DNA of 64,000 nt from the human T2T-CHM13v2.0 reference genome, Homo sapiens: assembly GCF_009914755.1 (NCBI RefSeq), contig NC_060929.1. The stretch is one strand, 5' to 3'. A model generated the notes under the pieces. The model had not been told where the DNA came from. It searched no databases and saw only the letters and a program-made list of their open reading frames with translations. Below are positions 57,900 through 64,000 of this stretch, one piece after another; the first letter of the stretch is position 1; every line of letters starts with the position of its first letter. Both the position numbers and the translations under genes were made by a program.

Positions 57900-58700
57900 G
57901 CTGTGTGGTCAGGCAAGTCATTCTCCCAGAAGATGCTGCAGTTTGTTTGACCATAAAGTGGGCAGCTCAATACTTCTCTTCTTCTCACGCCAAGCCCCTC
58001 CTCCCCGAGCCTGCAGGAATCTCTGGAAAAATGTTCTGGAAAAACGGAGGCATTTTTACGACTCTCTCCTCACCTAAACCCGCTGCGCCAGGACAGAGCC
58101 CAGACCCTCGGGCTCTAACCGTTATCCTACACTTTGGACCCGGGCAGCCCCTGCCTTTGATGTTGTCTTGCTAAATGTCCCCGAGTCACTGGCGGGCTCT
58201 GATCTCTCCAGCACCTAATAATTCAGTCTGAAGTAGTGAGCAGCTAATCAGCTGGGCAACTCTTGCAGCTGCACAATGAAGTTGAAGGGAAAGGGGGTCC
58301 CTTTCATTCTTGGGGTCTCATTCTACAACCCGATGGCCAAGGCAGACAGCACCGTCCGCTGGCCAGGGGGTGGGGTTAATTCCTGCAAGGACCTGGGTGA
58401 AGGTCTGCCTGGCCAAGGCAGCCCGTTGCAAGGTTTGAATCATGGCTGTCTCAGCTGGGCCATCGGGTGGGAATTAAAATTTAATTTAGAAAGTCCTGTC
58501 TCTGCGGCCCTGGTGGCCGTCGTCTGGGTGATTGACTGGCTGGTTTCTTTCACCTTTGCACGTCTTGGGTTTTTACTGGCAGAGGAAATGAAGGCTGAAC
58601 TGGGGCAGGAAATTCCATGTACACAGGTGTTTCTGATTAGCCCCGTGCACCTCACCCAGGGGCACAACCAGGGGCTGAGATGCCTGCATGAGCCCATGGG
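57900..58700. promoter_or_regulatory. Candidate developmental (limb-type) enhancer
   Basis: Repeat-free and moderately CpG-retaining. Clustered posterior-HOX (TTTTTACGAC, CCATAAA, TTTTTACTGG), PBX-type TGATTGAC, CAGCTG E-box, TAAT and SOX-type motifs. Confidence 0.4.
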
Positions 58701-60959
58701 CCCCTCTCTGGCTTGGCAACTGTGGCAGCTTTGCATCTAGGGAAGGCTGGACAGGGCACTCACACCGTTGCAGGGCAGACAGAGGTGCCAACCAGTGGTC
58801 TGCTGCCTGGCCCTGGGAACCCGGTGACATTCTGCCATGGACACGAGATCACACAGCGCCCTTGGCCAGAACCACCCCAGCCTCTGTGTCTGCAGTGGGC
58901 TGCTGGTGGCACCAGGGCCTGACCTGGAGATTAGCATCGCCCTGAGGTGTGTTTACACATTGTAGCTGGCGCTTCATGTGGCTGACCTGCCCCCATTTTC
59001 ACATCTTCAGAGGGGCTTAGAGATCCAAAAACCACCTCCTCCTTTACTTAAAGGGTCTCTGGAGGGGTCGGGGAGGGCAGCCCTGGGCTTGGCTCAAGAT
59101 GGCCATCTGTAGCAGTGGTTTCAGAGGCTGAAGAAGCAGCTTTCTTCATCCCATACCAGCTTTTCACTGCCACTGAAGCATCCCACCATTGTTATTCACT
59201 GCCATGGGTAAAGGCACTCGGGGCTCCCGTTACACTTAGAGTATACCTGGAGGGAGGGGCATTCCAAGAAATGGCTCATGGAGACACACTGGCTGGCTCT
59301 GGGCAAATGTCCACTCCAACCCTACCCACCTTGGTTTTCCCATCTGTAAAATGGGCATCATAGGAACAAAGTCTGCTGGATCAGCACATGGATTAATGAG
59401 ATAGTCTGCAAAACATCAGGCACATAGAGGATCCACAAAGCATGCAGCCCCTGGGAACATTCTCAAGGGAATTGTTCCAAAGAAAAAGTATTTGATGAAT
59501 ACTTTGAAGTATTACATTAACCATTGCAAAAACATTTTAACCAGTTAAAATGCTCATTGGTTAGTTATAGACATAATAATGTGTAACCAGTAAGCTCAAT
59601 ATGACAAGGATGGAGCCATATGAAATTCCAAGAAATAACTGAGGAAAATGAGTCTGTGTAGCCTGATTACAACTGTGAGAAAGTGTGTACCCTGAGGAAG
59701 ATTGGAGGGGCATGTAAGTAAATGTTTATTTAAATACATTTCAGCTATCCACGTAGTTAAATGCATATTAAAACACGAAAATTAAATAAGAGCAGAGACA
59801 GATATGAATGTGTCTAAGTTATCAAGTTCCTACTAGGAGAAGACTCCATGTCATCAGTCCAGGACAGAATGTATGTGGTCCCAAACGCTGGAGAAAAGCC
59901 TGTGGCTGAGCTTTTGCCCCGTAGGGAACACGGAAACAGTCAACAGAATGCATGTGGCCACCACACGAGGTTCTGGACTCAGACTGGGCATCCTGGGGAT
60001 CTTGGAGGCTATGGGGCTAAGCCACCGTCATAGTAAGCCCCTTTTAACAGCCTAGGGCCTCATGTCTCCCCCTGCCCCTGTCACCTGGAGAGAGACCTGG
60101 GCTCCTGAGGAGGGGCTGGGAGTGGAGCCTCACCCACATCCTCAGGACTCTGAGTGACACTCTGCTGACCCTGTTAGCTGCAGAGTAAGAGAAATGTGTT
60201 TTCATTGCTGTTACGAGTTTCCAGGCTGGGCAGCGAGCAGCCCCTTTAGAAAGGACCTCTTGTTCTTAGTGAAACACAAATAAATGTCTGTCGTGTGGGG
60301 CTATGTGAGCTGGGAGGTGGAGGGGGCTAAATGGAGAACTCAGAGAGCTGGCTACCTTGTCCCTGGGCCCCTGCCCAGTGGGCAGCAAGGCATAGCCAGG
60401 GGCTGTCCCTCTCTCTCAGCAGACGGCCCATCCTTCAAGGTATGACTTCATCCCTGCCCCGCTCAGAAACCCCTTCTGCCCAGACCAGCCTTTGTCAGGT
60501 TGAGCTCAGAGTCCTTCTGGAATCTGGATGTGGTCCTGGGTCCCTGGAGGGCAGAAGCTGGGCCTCACCATTTCTGTGCTGCACCCGCCACAGCCCCCAC
60601 ACCCAAGGCTCTCAGGATGAATCTCGGTACATTGCGACTGAATTGCCGTGGATGAAAATAACGGTTGGAATGGCAGCAGTGGCTTGTGAATTTCAATTCC
60701 TCTTCTAAAACCACTTGCAGATATTTCTGCTGCTTTCTTCCCCTCTCCCCTCCCCCCTCTTCCCTCCCCTGAAACAGGAATTATGAGACAGTAACGCACA
60801 CTCCTTTTGCATTTGCGGCTCCTCTTGTGGCCATCGGTATGGTTCCTTCAGGGACTGAGCCTGCTGTGACTCACTTCCCAGTCCCCCAGGCCCCAGCAAG
60901 CACCATCAGATAGGAGGCTTGTCACCTTGGAGGGAAGGGGGCAAAAAGATAATTTCCAA

Positions 60960-61180
60960 ACATTGAGGCCTTAATGTCGGTCAAGCACGGTGCAGAGTCC
61001 TTCACAGGCACCCCCATTTTATCCTCCCAGACACCCTGTAAGACCTGTGATACTCCTGTTTCACAGAAAGAAGAAACTGAGGCTGGGAGAGGTTGAGCTC
61101 TTGCCTAAGGTCACAGAGCCAGTAAGTGGTAGAGCTGGGATCCAGACTTTGGCTGTCTGAGTCCGAAGTCTAGGCTTTTC
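60960..61180 (-). mobile_element. MIR SINE
   Basis: agaaactgaggctgggagaggttgag...ttgcctaaggtcacagagccagtaagtggtagagctgggat. Confidence 0.8.
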
Positions 61181-63619
61181 TTTGCTCTAAATCCCTCAAC
61201 TCAACTTCTCTTTTGTCTGAGGAATTCTAGGAAGTGTTGGTTCTGTTTCTCATCAGTGGGGCCTGATGCTCCCCATGGTCTCTGGGCACTTGCACGTCAT
61301 CCCAGAGGCAAACCTTGGGTATGCAGAGCCTTGTCCCAGGGTCCAGGATGTTCAAGACCAGCTGGAATCAGATGCCTTCTGGCTCCTTGCCCTGCCACGT
61401 GGAAATGCCATTTGTAGTGAGCCGGCTGTTGTTGGAGAGCTGCCTTTAGGTGCAGTGAGTCAAAGGACCACGTGGAAATACTTTAGCCTGAGGCGGCGCT
61501 AGGAGCAGCCCTGGCTTGTAGCCATGAACGGCAGCAGGTCCAATAACACTGAGTTCCAGGTATGCATGTTGCCAAGAAGGGAGAGCAGTTTGGAGACCGA
61601 CCAGCTCCTCTGGCTCATGCAAAAGCCCCTACACAGTGCTAGGCACGTGGTGCTCAGTAAACTTAGGTTCCCGTTCTCTGTGAGAGGAAGGCCTTGGCCC
61701 TGTGCACTGAGTGTCCTGGTAATGGAATGCTCTACGCTCTGGCTGTCTTGGGCTGGGGGAAGAGGGAGAATCTACACCAGGAAACCATGGGCTCCTGAGG
61801 TTGAATGCAAGTTGCGTGTGTTCCTATGTGCAAAGAGAAGCCATAGCTATCATTTTCTGAGGCGTCCAAGACCCACAAAAAGCCAAAGACTGCACTACCT
61901 GAGAGACTGCAGCAGGAATGAGTGGATTAAGCCATTCAGCATGTCCAGACATACAAAATCACTGGGGACAGCTGGCTGAGGGAGACAGGCCAAGCTAGCA
62001 CACGCATGTGAGGAAGAGGAATGGGCACTCAGGCCAGGCCAGCTCTCTGAGCAAAATGGAGCTCCTTCACGCTTCCCTTCCCGGCCTGACCACACAGGCT
62101 GCAGAGCACAGGGGCCCGCTTAAGGCCTTCAGGGAAGATGGCCTCCCCCAACATCATCTGTGAACCTCATCTCCAAGCTCAGAGCTTCCTCCCAGGTGGG
62201 GTTGCCCCTTCTCAGAGCTCCAATTTCCCCATCAGCCTTGGGCCGTATATCTTCCCCTTCTTTCTACGGGCTGCTTTATAGCTTGCTGGAAACACCTTCC
62301 CTTAGCACTTCGAAATGTATCACTTGAAAGCATCTTAACGTTAATCAATGTGATTCTTTTTTAATTTGAAGGGGCTTATTTCTCCAAATGGCTTTCCTGA
62401 TCTTATAGGAGGGCATGCTCTCTAATATTAAACTTTTTCTTTAAAAAGAGCAAAAAAAATGACTCACATCTGTTTGATATTTAATTCAAATTGAATGGCA
62501 GGACAGGAACGAAATTACACTGCAAAGGGCCATAAAGCGTGATGTTTAAAAGAGCCAAGCATACCAAACCTACATGCCAGAAAATTTGAAATGACAAAGG
62601 ATTGAGGGGGTGTGGCCTGGGCAATGGAGTATCTCCTACCCAGAAGCTGGAGGGGAAGTAGCCAAGCTGGGGGAAGGTGGGAGGTGGGAGAAGGTCTCAT
62701 TTTGCACGGGAGGACTTTGTGGGGGCTGGTTTCCAGCCACATGTGAGTTTGGGGGTCTGGGATCTGAGCCCCAAGCAGAGGTCCTGGAATCCAGTGCTGG
62801 CTGCTCCATGTTGCGGGGCGGGGTGGTGGCCTGTCTGGGGATCTCCAAGGGGCTGCTGGGTAACGCTGCATGCAGCCTGGGTGGTCAGCCAGGCACTGTC
62901 CAGCTCTCGGTGTCCAGGAGGCCTTGGGGTTTGGCTACAGCTCAGAGAATTGAGTTTAAAGCCCTTCTGCTGCCTTCTGATCAGTTTAGCAGAGACACCA
63001 ACATCCTGTGTCCCGGAGGGCAGAGAAATGGGTGGATCTCAGAGAGCTGTGTTTTCCTCCAATCTTGGAAGGAAGGCACCCTCTGAATGTCACTGCCCCC
63101 GAGCTCTGTGACAGAAGTCCTAGGAAAGAAGTGAGTGTGACCTCTTACTTAATATTCCCTTAAAGCCAGAGGGCCGAGTCCAGGCCTGGCACAGGCACTC
63201 CAGTTGTGAACCGTGTCTGGCGATGCCTGTAAGGTGAGCTTTGACAGTGGAGTGCAGTCAGAGCTTGTGTGCTGGTGTGGGCTGCCCCTCACCAAGGCCA
63301 CGAAGGGAGGGGTGGAGACAAGAGAGGGGTTTAGAGTAAATCAAATGCCAGCTGAGTGGGCTTGGCCTCCCTTTCCCTCTCTGATCCTGTTTCCTCATCT
63401 ATACCATGGAATGGCTTAACATCCTCAAAGTTATTTTAAATATCTAGTATGATAAATATAAATGAATTCACTTTTAAATAACAAAATATTGTACGTGTTT
63501 CTTAGAATGGTAACTCTGGCCTTTCCAGGGCTTCTGCTTAGGTACCAAGTTTATTTCCAAGACATTAACTTGTTTTTCCAGCCAGCACTTGAGCACAAGG
63601 GTCTGGAACTTTTTCCATG

Positions 63620-64000
63620 CAGTGGTGCGCTGGAACTGTCTCACAGTGTTTGATAAAAGCTGATTGTTAAATGATTAAATTATATTTAATGACTCATTAA
63701 ACCGTTAAATTTTTAATGTAACTAAGTTATTAACAATTATATGAACTTATGGCAAAATGATATTAAATACAAAGTGAATAAATAAATCAAAACTCACTGC
63801 TTCCTAATTATTTTACTATACCTTACTATATCTATGGCCTTGGGGCTATTTACACTGATTGTATCTGTGTGGTGGGAATGCCACATGATGGTGGGCTTAC
63901 TGTGTGTCTCTTTCCAATTCCACATTCAGTGATGTCATTTTGATACCTTGAAGTTGACTGTGGTAAGACAATTTACATCACGGACATCAGCAAACACTAC
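63620..64000 (+). mobile_element. MER63-type hAT-Blackjack element running off the window end
   Basis: cagtggtgcgctgga...gattgttaaa...cttcctaattattttacta...ccacattcagtgatgtca. Confidence 0.7.

Noticed and set aside
61524-63111. 150-aa-class ORFs near the right end as exons of a neighbouring gene
   Set aside because: No recognisable protein similarity or exon structure. The next genes probably lie beyond the window.

Overview
Eukaryotic (human or great-ape) genomic DNA, not prokaryotic: it carries Alu, SVA, L1PA and older mammalian repeats. The left third is the 5' end of MACROH2A1 (H2AFY, macroH2A1) on the minus strand: a CpG-island promoter and non-coding exon 1 (~22234-22410), a ~10 kb intron 1, and the first coding exon (ATG at 12265, donor after 12094, 57 codons of the H2A-like domain), then intron 2 running off the left edge. 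About 23.4-48.8 kb is an AT-rich, almost wholly repeat-derived block (L1 fragments, two opposed Charlie1 elements, Alus, a full-length older SVA with TSD). About 49-64 kb is intergenic with more unique sequence, including a strong CTCF motif (49447) and motif-dense enhancer candidates (~57.9-58.7 kb, ~61.3-61.7 kb). From recall, this is the 5q31 PITX1-H2AFY-NEUROG1 landscape, where loss of the H2AFY promoter is linked to PITX1 misexpression (Liebenberg syndrome). I found no supportable new protein-coding gene or novel system. The best leads are regulatory elements and small structural oddities. Repeat subfamily names come from remembered consensus sequences, and boundaries without TSDs are approximate.
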